A stretch of DNA of 64,000 bases. Origin: Minisyncoccota bacterium (lineage in GTDB: Bacteria; Patescibacteriota; Minisyncoccia; Phycocordibacterales; UBA9973). Under the pieces are notes generated by a model that did not search any database, was not told the DNA's origin, and was given only the letters and a program-made list of their open reading frames with translations. Made by a program: the position numbers and the translations under genes. Positions 8,419 through 17,085 of this stretch are shown here, one piece after another (position 1 is the stretch's first letter; every line of letters starts with the position of its first letter). Location of the stretch: contig JBBABB010000001.1 of assembly GCA_041657885.1 (NCBI GenBank), positions 1,094-65,093 of the forward strand, given 5' to 3'.

Positions 8419-8730
8419 GCCTCGGGCATTTCCGCTAGGGTGTCCATGACTAAAGGACGAGTGCCGCCCAGCTGGTGCAATACTAAAATCTAAAGGCGAA
8501 AGCTATACACACTAAACACGGATATGAATAAAGTAGAGTGGGGATGGCGAGGGCAGACTGCTGGTAATCCAGCAGAGCCCGACCCGGGGAGAGGAAACTT
8601 CCTCTCCCCAAGAAGTTGCGGGCAATCTAGTGAACGGCTCATTTACTGGTATTTGAGCCGTTCGGATATTTTGCTTGCCCGCTCATAGGCATCTAGGCAC
8701 TCGTAGCCCTAGCGGAAATGCCCGAGGCGG
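8419..8730. repeat. Second MITE-like or structured element, closed by a perfect 24-bp inverted repeat
   Basis: ccgcctcgggcatttccgctaggg (8420-8443) is the exact reverse complement of 8706-8729. The interior holds hairpins such as gggagagga-aactt-tcctctccc. Confidence 0.5.
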
Positions 8731-8781
8731 ATGCCGAGGGTGCACCTCAAAACTTTAAATAACCACCAAAGTAGAAAAATG

Positions 8782-8791
8782 GTATAATGCC
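8782..8791 (+). promoter_or_regulatory. Extended -10 promoter (TGgTATAAT) reading into the right inverted repeat
   Basis: tggtataatg is a perfect extended -10. A transcript would cover 8829-9060, which is complementary to the plus-strand RNA of the left repeat. Confidence 0.35.
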
Positions 8792-8828
8792 CGAGACAAT
8801 GATTTTTGTATTTTGATTTTGAGTTTTT

Positions 8829-9060
8829 CCTGCGGGCAGAATTTGAAATCTCGCCAAAAGATATAGCCGAGGAAAATGGAAATCCTAATCCCCAAAATTT
8901 TGTTTCCATTTTCCGAGTCCATTTGGAATTAGCACATTAGTAGAGCGTGGTAATTAGTTTAAAGTTAAGAGGCACGCGGAGCGTGCGCATTAGTTCGTTT
9001 GATAGGTTTTTAGGAACAATTTTTACTAAAATAGGTTCTAGCTGATTTTAAAAGATACTC
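8829..9060. repeat. Right copy of the ~233-bp inverted repeat
   Basis: See the left copy at 3264-3496. Its outer end lies 6 bp from the cysK-like stop codon. Confidence 0.85.
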
Positions 9061-9066
9061 ATTAAA

Positions 9067-10068
9067 TTAAATATAAAAATTTGCTAATTCTTGAGTTATT
9101 TTTTCATCTAAAAGTTCCTTTTCAGCCATCCAGTCATCATTAAAGGCGTGGGTAAGATAACTTTCACCACTGTCGCCAATAATTAAGACCATATTTTTTA
9201 TTTTTTCTGAAATCGGTTCTCCATTAATAAATTTCATCGCATAATAAAGAACCATTCCACTTGAATCTCCAACTAGCAATCCTTTCTGTTCAGCAAAAAA
9301 GCGCATAGTATTAAATGCTTCCTTATCCGCAACATAATCATGTTTATCAAAAATAGAAGTATTAATATTTTTAGGTGGAATAGCTCCGGCTGGATATCCT
9401 GGGCCGGAAATAAAATAACCATGTCCGCGTGGGGAGAAATGACTGGAACCTTTTGGCTCTAGGGCGATTACCTTAGTATGTCCATGTTCTTTTATATATC
9501 GGCCAGATCCAGATAGGGAACTACCAGTACCGATTGTTCCAACTAAATAATCAGCATCAGGTACTTGTTCAAAAATTTCTTTACCCAAAGTGTTGTAGTA
9601 GCCCTTGGGGTTTTCAGGGTTGTCGTACTGGTCAAGATTGATTCCGCCTTTTTCTTCAGCCAGTCGCTTAGCAGTTTTGCGACGGACATCAACCAAATGC
9701 CCACCCTTTGGGTCTTCTTCGTCACTACAGAAATGTAATTTGCCGCCATAGGCCTTGATTGACCTAAGCTTATCGGCTGGAGCATGTTTGTCAACGATAG
9801 CGGTGAATTTATATCCCCGAGCGGCTGACAGCATTGCTAGGGCCTTGGCTGTATTTCCAGAAGAAGATTCAAAAATTTCCATTCCTTTTTTTAATTGGCC
9901 AGATTGTTCGGCTGCATTCATTAAGACTTGAGCAGTCCTATCTTTAAAACTTCCAGCTGGGTTAAAATATTCCAGCTTTAAATAAATCTTCCAATCCGAC
10001 CTAGTGGTCGATATTTCAAGCATTGGGGTTTCCCCGATGAGTTCATCAATACTTTTATTAATAGTCAT
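9067..10068 (-). CDS. cysK: PLP-dependent cysteine synthase / cystathionine beta-synthase family enzyme (fold type II)
   Basis: SFKDR lysine motif, GNTAKALA, and a Gly-rich loop GTIGTGSSLSG. Confidence 0.75.
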   Translation of the reverse strand: MTINKSIDELIGETPMLEISTTRSDWKIYLKLEYFNPAGSFKDRTAQVLMNAAEQSGQLKKGMEIFESSSGNTAKALAMLSAARGYKFTAIVDKHAPADKLRSIKAYGGKLHFCSDEEDPKGGHLVDVRRKTAKRLAEEKGGINLDQYDNPENPKGYYNTLGKEIFEQVPDADYLVGTIGTGSSLSGSGRYIKEHGHTKVIALEPKGSSHFSPRGHGYFISGPGYPAGAIPPKNINTSIFDKHDYVADKEAFNTMRFFAEQKGLLVGDSSGMVLYYAMKFINGEPISEKIKNMVLIIGDSGESYLTHAFNDDWMAEKELLDEKITQELANFYI

Positions 10069-10119
10069 CTTCCTATTATATAGGGGTTTTTTATTTTTGT
10101 GAACTGTGGTATTTTATAA

Positions 10120-11034
10120 GTGATGGACAAAGAAAAAATTCAGAAAGAAATAGAAGAACTTGAGGCACAAACGGCGCAAGGGAATTTTTGGGATGATAAA
10201 ATTTCTGCACAAGCGACAATCAAACGGATTGCATTTTTGAAAGATGAAATTCTAGGAAATCAAAAATATGACAAAGGGAATTGCATACTTTCAATTCTTT
10301 CAGGCGCTGGGGGTGATGATGCCGAAGATTTTTCGGCGATGTTGCTTCGAATGTATACAAAATATTTTGAGAGAAAAGGTTGGTCTTGGGAGGTAATCCA
10401 TGAAAATAAAAATGACAACGATGGATATCGCAATGTTTCTGTTGAAGTTTCTTCTCCCCCTGCGAAGGGGGAGTGGCCGAAGGTCGAGGGGGTCTATGGC
10501 ACTTTAAAAAATGAATCAGGTGTACATCGATTAGTTCGAATATCTCCATTTAATGCGAATGCCAAAAGGCACACTTCTTTTTCTCTCGTTGAAGTGATTC
10601 CAGAATTTGCGAAAGATGATAGCGCCATAGAAATCCCCCCAAATGACCTTCGGATTGAGCTTTCAAAGTCAGGTGGCCCCGGTGGGCAAAATGTAAACAA
10701 ACGCGAGACCGCTGTCAGGGTAGTCCATTTGCCAACCAATCTGTCTGTTCATGTAACATCAGAGCGTTCTCAAGAACAAAACAAAGAAAAAGCCATTGAA
10801 ATGCTAAAAGGTAAACTTTTCAAGAAAAGAGAAGATGATAAAAAGAGAGAAAAAGACGGAATGTCCATCTCAAAGACGACAGATATAGAATGGGGAAGTC
10901 AAATTCGCTCTTATGTCCTTCATCCATATAAAATGGTCAAAGACCACCGCACGGGAGTTGAAATTAATAATGTTGACTCTGTTCTTTTGGATGGTCAGAT
11001 AGATGAATTTATTGAAACAGAACGCAATTTGTGA
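10120..11034 (+). CDS. prfB: Peptide chain release factor 2, with a short N-domain and no programmed frameshift
   Basis: SPF tripeptide, GGQ motif (GGPGGQNVNK) and GVHRLVRISPF. The N-terminal region is contiguous in a single frame. Confidence 0.85.
   Translation: MMDKEKIQKEIEELEAQTAQGNFWDDKISAQATIKRIAFLKDEILGNQKYDKGNCILSILSGAGGDDAEDFSAMLLRMYTKYFERKGWSWEVIHENKNDNDGYRNVSVEVSSPPAKGEWPKVEGVYGTLKNESGVHRLVRISPFNANAKRHTSFSLVEVIPEFAKDDSAIEIPPNDLRIELSKSGGPGGQNVNKRETAVRVVHLPTNLSVHVTSERSQEQNKEKAIEMLKGKLFKKREDDKKREKDGMSISKTTDIEWGSQIRSYVLHPYKMVKDHRTGVEINNVDSVLLDGQIDEFIETERNL
10450..10490 (+). repeat. GC-rich palindromic element (CTCCCCC-TGCGAA-GGGGGAG) inserted in-frame within prfB
   Basis: It encodes SSPPAKGEWPKVE between the conserved VEV and GVYGTLK..GVHRLVR segments. 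The hairpin core is 10454-10473. Confidence 0.6.
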
Positions 11035-11728
11035 TATTCTTAATAACGGGATGATTTATTTCAATAATGTTACAAAAAAATATTCAGGCAGTGTATCTCT
11101 AGAAGATATTAATATTACAATCACACAAGGGGAATTTGTGGCAATAGTAGGGCACTCAGGCGCTGGCAAAACTACACTAACTAAATTAATTTTAGCCGAA
11201 GAATCACCAACAGGCGGGACTGTCTTCTTTGAATCTAAAGATATTCACAAGCTTTCAAGTAAAGATTTGACAAAGTTTCGTCGTAAAGTAGGGATAGTTT
11301 TTCAAGATTTTCGTCTTTTGCCCAATAAGACGGCCTATGAAAATATTGCATTTGCCTTGGAAGCAATAGAGAAAAATGAACATGAAATTGCTCAAGATGT
11401 CCCTCATGTGCTTGAGTTAGTAGACCTGACCGCAAAAGCATCTCTTTTCCCTCACCAGCTTTCTGGTGGAGAAAAACAACGTCTTGCTATCGCTCGCGCA
11501 ATAATAACTCAACCTGATTTAATAATTGCCGATGAACCCACAGGAAACCTTGACCCTATAAATACCAGTGAGGTTATCAACCTTCTAAAAAAGATAAATG
11601 ATTTAGGAACTACAGTTATTCTAACTACTCACAATAGAAATGTAGTAGACCAGGTCAAAAAAAGAGTTATCACCCTAGAAAATGGCCGTGTGATTAGGGA
11701 TGATAAAGATGGTAAATATATGTTATAA
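11003..11728 (+). CDS. ftsE: Cell-division ABC transporter ATP-binding protein FtsE
   Basis: Walker A GHSGAGKTTL, signature LSGGEKQRLAIARA and Walker B IIADEPTGNLD. The likely start is ~11051 (MIYFNNVTKKY). Confidence 0.85.
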   Translation: MNLLKQNAICDILNNGMIYFNNVTKKYSGSVSLEDINITITQGEFVAIVGHSGAGKTTLTKLILAEESPTGGTVFFESKDIHKLSSKDLTKFRRKVGIVFQDFRLLPNKTAYENIAFALEAIEKNEHEIAQDVPHVLELVDLTAKASLFPHQLSGGEKQRLAIARAIITQPDLIIADEPTGNLDPINTSEVINLLKKINDLGTTVILTTHNRNVVDQVKKRVITLENGRVIRDDKDGKYML

Positions 11729-12659
11729 TACGCCTATGTTTTTTATTAAATTAAAAAGAATAATAGTTTCAGGTTATCGTAATTTTAAACGCAGTGGTTT
11801 TACTTCTGTCGCCAGTATTCTTGTCATGACCATAACTCTTTTTGTTGTCACATCTCTTATATTTATACAGGCCGCACTAAATTCTTCTCTCAATGATATA
11901 AAAGAAAAAGTTGATGTAACTGTTTATTTTGTTTCAGATACTCCAGAGTCCTCTATTAAAAATATTGAAGGAGCGTTAAAAAATCTGCCGGAAGTTAGAG
12001 ATGTAACTTATACTTCCCAAGATGATGCCTTAATAAAATTTAAAGAGAAACACTCAAATGATTATCTAACACTTCAAGCTCTTGATGAATTAGACTCAAA
12101 TCCACTAGGTGCGTCTCTTAATGTTAAAGCAAAAGACCCTTCTCAATATGAGAATATTGCCAAATATTTTGAGAGCGAAGATGCTCTTTCAAAAGGGGCT
12201 TTAACCATTATTGACAAAATTGATTATCACCAGAATAAGATTGTTATAGATAGACTTACTTCTATTATTAATGGAGCCAAAAAACTTGGTTTTGCTGTCT
12301 CTCTTATTCTTATTTTAATTTCTCTTCTTATTACATTTAATACCATCCGACTTATTATTTATATGTCTCGTGAAGAAATAAGTGTTATGAAGCTTGTGGG
12401 TGCTGAAGGCAGATATATTCGTGGACCGTTTATTGTTTCAGGTGTCCTTGTCGGTATTGTCGCTTCTCTTCTTACTGTTTTAATCTTTTTCCCTGTATCT
12501 ATTTGGTTGGGCAATCAAATGACGGATTTCGTTGGGATTAATTTATACACATACTTCAAATCAAATTTCTTCCAGTTGTTTATTATTATGCTTGGGTCTG
12601 GCGTGATTATTGGAAGTATTTCCAGTATCTTTGCTATTCACCGATACTTACGAAAGTAA
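11700..12659 (+). CDS. ftsX: Cell-division permease FtsX
   Basis: It follows ftsE. It has 4 predicted TM segments and an FtsX-like extracellular domain. The likely start is ~11735. Confidence 0.7.
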   Translation: MIKMVNICYNTPMFFIKLKRIIVSGYRNFKRSGFTSVASILVMTITLFVVTSLIFIQAALNSSLNDIKEKVDVTVYFVSDTPESSIKNIEGALKNLPEVRDVTYTSQDDALIKFKEKHSNDYLTLQALDELDSNPLGASLNVKAKDPSQYENIAKYFESEDALSKGALTIIDKIDYHQNKIVIDRLTSIINGAKKLGFAVSLILILISLLITFNTIRLIIYMSREEISVMKLVGAEGRYIRGPFIVSGVLVGIVASLLTVLIFFPVSIWLGNQMTDFVGINLYTYFKSNFFQLFIIMLGSGVIIGSISSIFAIHRYLRK

Positions 12660-12662
12660 TTT

Positions 12663-14342
12663 ATGATGAAAAATAAACGAGGAAAGACAGTAGAAAAAAA
12701 ACTATCTGAGTGCAAATATATATTTGTTGTTGGTGGAGTTATCTCTGGCGTTGGTAAAGGAGTAGCTGCTTCTTCTATTGGTAAAATAATGCAGGCACGT
12801 GGGCATGTTGTAACATCTATTAAAATTGATCCATATATAAATATTGACGCTGGGACCATGAATCCTACAGAACATGGAGAAGTTTTTGTTTTGGATGATG
12901 GTTATGAATGTGACCAAGATATGGGTAATTATGAGCGTTTCTTAGGTATAGACTTGTCTCGTATGAATTATATGACTACTGGTAGTGTGTATCAGGAAGT
13001 TATTCGTAAAGAGCGTAATTTAGAATACAAAGGTAAGAATGTCGAAGTTGTTCCTGATTTTCCTTTTGAAGTCATAAGAAGAATAGAAGAAGCTACAAAG
13101 AAAGCCAAAGCAAATATTACTATTATTGAGATTGGTGGTACTGTGGGTGAATATCAGAACATTTTGTTTCTAGAAGCAGCACGTATGCTTAAGACCAAAC
13201 ATCATAATGATGTAGCTTTCGTTCTAGTATCATATCTTCCTATTCCTTCAAGGTTAGGTGAGATGAAGACTAAACCAACTCAATATGCTTCACGAACCCT
13301 TAATTCGGCTGGAGTTCAAGCTGATGTTATTATTGCTCGTGGTGAAGTTCCTCTGGATAAGAAAAGAAAAGAAAAGATTGCCTTATTCTGTAATATTTCA
13401 GAAGAGAATGTTATATCTGCTCCAGATGTAGATAGTATATACGATGTAGCTTTAAATTTTGAGAAAGATAAATTAGGAGAAATATTAGAAAAAGTGCTTG
13501 GTCTTACTAAGAGTCGAGCTAATCTCTCAAAGTGGAGAAATTTTGTAGCTAAAACAAAGAATGGTAAAGATAAAATAAAAATAGCAGTTGTTGGTAAGTA
13601 TTTTGATTCAGGAGATTTTGTACTTTCAGATGTATATATATCAGTTCTTGAAGCTCTAAAGTTTTCAGCTTATAAATCTGGTGTTAAAGTAGAAATTGCT
13701 TGTGTTAATTCTAAACATTTTGAATCAAAAAAAATCCCATTATCTATCCTTAAGAAATATGATGGAATTCTTGTTCCAGGTGGTTTTGGAGAAAGTGGAA
13801 TTGAAGGTATAATCTCTACTATTGGTTATGTAAGACGTGAAAAGATTCCATACTTTGGATTATGTTATGGGATGCAACTTATGATTATTGAATATGCTCG
13901 AAATATACTGGGATTAAAAGATGCAAATACTCGTGAAATAAATCCAAACTCTAAAAATCTAGTTATTGATGTAATGGAAGACCAGAAAGAAAAAATTAAA
14001 AATAAAAATCTAGGTGGAAGTATGCGACTCGGGGCATACCCAGCACGTTTAAAAAAGGGGACTATTGCACAAAAAGCATACTTGAAATCGGAAATCTCAG
14101 AACGTCATCGTCATCGTTATGAGGTGAATAATGATTATAAGGAAGCTTTAGAAAAAGCTGGGCTAATATTCTCTGGAATGTCACCAGATGGTAAACTTTG
14201 TGAAATTGCCGAATTGCCATCAAATAAGCATCCATTTTTCTTGGGGACACAATTTCATCCAGAGTTTAAAGCAAGACCATTATCCCCTCATCCACTATTT
14301 ACTGCTTTTATTAAATCTTGTATTAAGAACAAAAAGAAATAA
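12663..14342 (+). CDS. pyrG: CTP synthase
   Basis: N-terminal synthetase (GGVISGVGKG) and C-terminal glutamine amidotransferase (GLCYGMQ, HPEF). Confidence 0.9.
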   Translation: MMKNKRGKTVEKKLSECKYIFVVGGVISGVGKGVAASSIGKIMQARGHVVTSIKIDPYINIDAGTMNPTEHGEVFVLDDGYECDQDMGNYERFLGIDLSRMNYMTTGSVYQEVIRKERNLEYKGKNVEVVPDFPFEVIRRIEEATKKAKANITIIEIGGTVGEYQNILFLEAARMLKTKHHNDVAFVLVSYLPIPSRLGEMKTKPTQYASRTLNSAGVQADVIIARGEVPLDKKRKEKIALFCNISEENVISAPDVDSIYDVALNFEKDKLGEILEKVLGLTKSRANLSKWRNFVAKTKNGKDKIKIAVVGKYFDSGDFVLSDVYISVLEALKFSAYKSGVKVEIACVNSKHFESKKIPLSILKKYDGILVPGGFGESGIEGIISTIGYVRREKIPYFGLCYGMQLMIIEYARNILGLKDANTREINPNSKNLVIDVMEDQKEKIKNKNLGGSMRLGAYPARLKKGTIAQKAYLKSEISERHRHRYEVNNDYKEALEKAGLIFSGMSPDGKLCEIAELPSNKHPFFLGTQFHPEFKARPLSPHPLFTAFIKSCIKNKKK

Positions 14343-14371
14343 CCCACCACAACTTCGCAGATGTCGGCGGG

Positions 14372-15040
14372 TTATTTTAATGAGTCGTCCCCGTTACGAA
14401 TTTTACTATTTTTGATTATTTCTAGGATTTCATCTTCATCATCTTTTACGATATACATATTTATATCTTCTTTGTTTATAGTTTGAAATTTTTCTAATAA
14501 ATTTTCTTTTATCATTTTTACTATTGGATTCCAATAATCAGACCCGAGAAGAATTACAGGAATTTTTCCTATTTTACCCGTTTGTTGCAATGTAAGAATT
14601 TCAAAAAGTTCATTAAGTGTTCCAAATCCACCAGGGCAGAAAATACAGACCTCTGTAGAATACGACATTGCCGATTGTCTTGTAAAAAAGAAATGGAATT
14701 GTATCTCATCTGTTATATAAGGATTAGCTATTTGTTCAGTTGGCAATTTTATGGTAAGTCCTACGGATTTACCTCCTGCTTCAAATGCTCCTCTATTTGC
14801 AGCTTCCATTATTCCCGGGCCTCCACCAGATAAAATAGCATAACCTAATTCCTTGGCAATTCTAAAGGTTAAATTTCTAACCTTTTCATAGTATGGATGA
14901 CCTTCATTTACTCGTGTTGACCCATAGAAAGAGACCGATGGATTAAATTTATTTACAGTATCTATCCCATTATGGAACTCCTCCTGAACCATTTTTAATT
15001 TTATTTCCTCCTCTATATTTCTTTCATTATTATTATTCAT
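14372..15040 (-). CDS. LOG-family (TIGR00730) cytokinin riboside 5'-monophosphate phosphoribohydrolase-like protein
   Basis: PGGxGTxxE motif (CPGGFGTLNELFE) and GYGILSGGGPGIMEA. Confidence 0.75.
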   Translation of the reverse strand: MNNNNERNIEEEIKLKMVQEEFHNGIDTVNKFNPSVSFYGSTRVNEGHPYYEKVRNLTFRIAKELGYAILSGGGPGIMEAANRGAFEAGGKSVGLTIKLPTEQIANPYITDEIQFHFFFTRQSAMSYSTEVCIFCPGGFGTLNELFEILTLQQTGKIGKIPVILLGSDYWNPIVKMIKENLLEKFQTINKEDINMYIVKDDEDEILEIIKNSKIRNGDDSLK

Positions 15041-15126
15041 AAAGGCTATTGTAACCTAATTTTAAACGTTTTTCAACCGTTGTTTTTTTATCATTTTGTG
15101 GTACTATGTTGGGGTCGTAGATATTT

Positions 15127-15200
15127 TGGGAGATCGTCTAATGGTCGGACAACGGTTTCTGGAACCGTTTATCTAGGTTCGAGCCCTAGTCTCCCAGCCA
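15127..15200 (+). tRNA. tRNA-Gln (anticodon CUG)
   Basis: Cloverleaf with U1:A72, anticodon loop TTCTGGA, T-arm CTAGG-TTCGAGC-CCTAG, discriminator G and an encoded CCA. Confidence 0.8.
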
Positions 15201-15248
15201 AAAAATAGACAATAGGGATTTTAACTATTAATTTAATATAATAAAAAT

Positions 15249-15827
15249 ATGAAAAAAATTATTCTCGCTTCCACTTCTTCACATAGAAAAGAATTACTTG
15301 AAAACGCCGGTTTGATTTTTGAAGTTGCATCAAGTGATTATGAGGAAGATATGACCTTGGATTTAATGCCCGATGAATTAGCGAAGTTTTTATCGAGAGG
15401 AAAAGCTGAAAGTGTTGCCAAAAATTTTGAAGATGCAATTATCATATCCGCAGATACATTTGTATCATTTCAGAATAAAGTTATAGGTAAACCGCATACA
15501 GAAGAAAAGGCGAAAATCACATTAAGGACACTAAGTGGAAATACTCATTCTGTTTTTACTGGTTTTACTATCATTGACACGAAGAAAGAGAAATCTATTT
15601 CAAAAGTAGTTGAAACAAAAGTTACTTTTAAAGAATTGTCAGACGAAATGATTGACGATTATATTAAAAATGGTAACCCACTCAAATATGCTGGTTCTTA
15701 TACCCTAAACGATATCGCAGATAAATTCATCGAAAGAATAGAAGGGGATTCGTCAAATATCATTGGTCTCCCCGTTGATACAGTAATGGAAACCCTAAAA
15801 GAATTTGGTATTATTGTAGATAAATAG
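15249..15827 (+). CDS. maf: Maf-like nucleoside triphosphate pyrophosphatase
   Basis: ILASTSSHRKELL N-terminus and the Maf fold length (192 aa). Confidence 0.8.
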   Translation: MKKIILASTSSHRKELLENAGLIFEVASSDYEEDMTLDLMPDELAKFLSRGKAESVAKNFEDAIIISADTFVSFQNKVIGKPHTEEKAKITLRTLSGNTHSVFTGFTIIDTKKEKSISKVVETKVTFKELSDEMIDDYIKNGNPLKYAGSYTLNDIADKFIERIEGDSSNIIGLPVDTVMETLKEFGIIVDK

Positions 15828-15965
15828 GTATAATAAAAATAGGATATGACACAACAAGTAGCTTTGTTGGGGGTGTTATGCTAGGGCGTATTTTAAGTTT
15901 GCGTTTTTATATTAATAAAGTTCTCACAGAACAAGGAAAGACTAAATTAGATTAGATTTAAAAAA

Positions 15966-15988
15966 GGGTGTTCGTTTAGCGAACACCC
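15966..15988 (-). terminator. Rho-independent terminator of the sigma-factor gene
   Basis: A 9-bp stem (gggtgttcg / cgaacaccc) is followed on the minus strand by a U-run. Confidence 0.5.
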
Positions 15989-15995
15989 CAATTCC

Positions 15996-16856
15996 CTATA
16001 ACTCATTTAGAATATTTAATTGTTTTTTTATACGGCGAATTGCGTTATTCATTAATTGCCTAACTCTTTCTTTTGTTAGGCCTAATTTAGAGGCAACCTC
16101 ACTTTTTGACATTTCTTGTTCATATTCACCGAGTCCGAAAAGCATCTCAATAACTTCTCTCTCACGTCCGTGGCCATGAAGTGTTTTTAATAATCTTTCA
16201 ACTTCCTTACGTGATGAGATCTTCATTAGATCACCATCAGCAGATGGGGAATTCTCGTCAGTCAAAATATCAAGTAATCTATTATTTTCATTTTCGCCCC
16301 AAGATGAGTCAAGTGAAAAATGACAACCTTGATTATTGAGTGCATCATTTATTTTATATTTAGGTAAATTAAATGATGTAGCAAGTTCATCAGATGATGG
16401 TTCTCGCTCGTATTCTTGCAAAAATCTTGAAGATAGTTTATTGATTTTACTCAATAAACTTGTCTGATTGATTGGAATGCGGACCATTCTAGCTTGTTCG
16501 GAAATTGCCTGTAAAATAGATTGTCTAATATACCAAACAGCATAAGAAATAAATTTAAAGCCCATGGTTTCATCAAACCTTTCAGCGGCTTTAATTAATC
16601 CTATATTCCCCTCATTAATAAGGTCAGGTAAAAGTAACCCTTGGTTCTGATACTGTTTTGAGACCGAAACTACGAAGCGCAGATTGGCCAGTACCAGTTT
16701 TTCCAGTGCTTTTTTATCGCCCTCTCTTATTCTTTGTGCCAATTCTAATTCTTCTTCAGGAGATATCATTTCTTCTCTAGCAATTTCCTGTAGATATTTA
16801 TCTAGAGAAGGGAGATCATGATTAGTGACCCGTTGAGTGATTTTTAATTGTCTCAT
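15996..16856 (-). CDS. rpoD: RNA polymerase sigma-70 family factor (compact RpoD-like, regions 2-4)
   Basis: Region 2 motifs (LINEGNIGLIKAAERFD, FISYAVWYIRQ) and region 4 HTH (EVASKLGLTKERVRQLMNNAIRRIK). Confidence 0.85.
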   Translation of the reverse strand: MRQLKITQRVTNHDLPSLDKYLQEIAREEMISPEEELELAQRIREGDKKALEKLVLANLRFVVSVSKQYQNQGLLLPDLINEGNIGLIKAAERFDETMGFKFISYAVWYIRQSILQAISEQARMVRIPINQTSLLSKINKLSSRFLQEYEREPSSDELATSFNLPKYKINDALNNQGCHFSLDSSWGENENNRLLDILTDENSPSADGDLMKISSRKEVERLLKTLHGHGREREVIEMLFGLGEYEQEMSKSEVASKLGLTKERVRQLMNNAIRRIKKQLNILNEL

Positions 16857-17085
16857 TGTAGATAGTGTTTTTTGGTTGTTTTTTAAAGGAAGTTTATTTT
16901 CTCAATTTATACCATAATTTTATAAAAATGCAAAGACAACATCGGCCTAGACAATCAACTTGAAAATTTAATATCATAAAAAAGAATTTTGCTTTCTTCT
17001 TGCATTTTGGGGTTAAAAAGCATAGAATCTAAATATAATCATAATAACTTGTCTAGTATAGGCAGGTAAAAACATATATAATTTT

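Noticed and set aside
8338-8822. RNase P RNA, tmRNA or group II intron identity for the structured region
   Set aside because: A weak resemblance to the B-type P4 region (gtccatgac) was noted. However, no ACAGAA..GGCUUA (CR-V) is present. There is no tmRNA tag-reading frame, T-arm or CCA end. No group II domain V (GAGC..GUUC) or RT ORF was found.
10120-11034. Programmed +1 frameshift in prfB, or UGA recoding (alternative genetic code as in some CPR lineages)
   Set aside because: The RF2 N-terminus is contiguous in a single frame and no CUU-UGA-C shifty site is visible. RF2 (SPF motif) is present and all long ORFs are intact under the standard code, so code 11 is assumed.
14062-14415. ORFs antisense to or overlapping the pyrG 3' end (14062-14250 minus, 14188-14415 plus)
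   Set aside because: They are embedded in the well-supported pyrG coding sequence or in the short convergent spacer, and are spurious.
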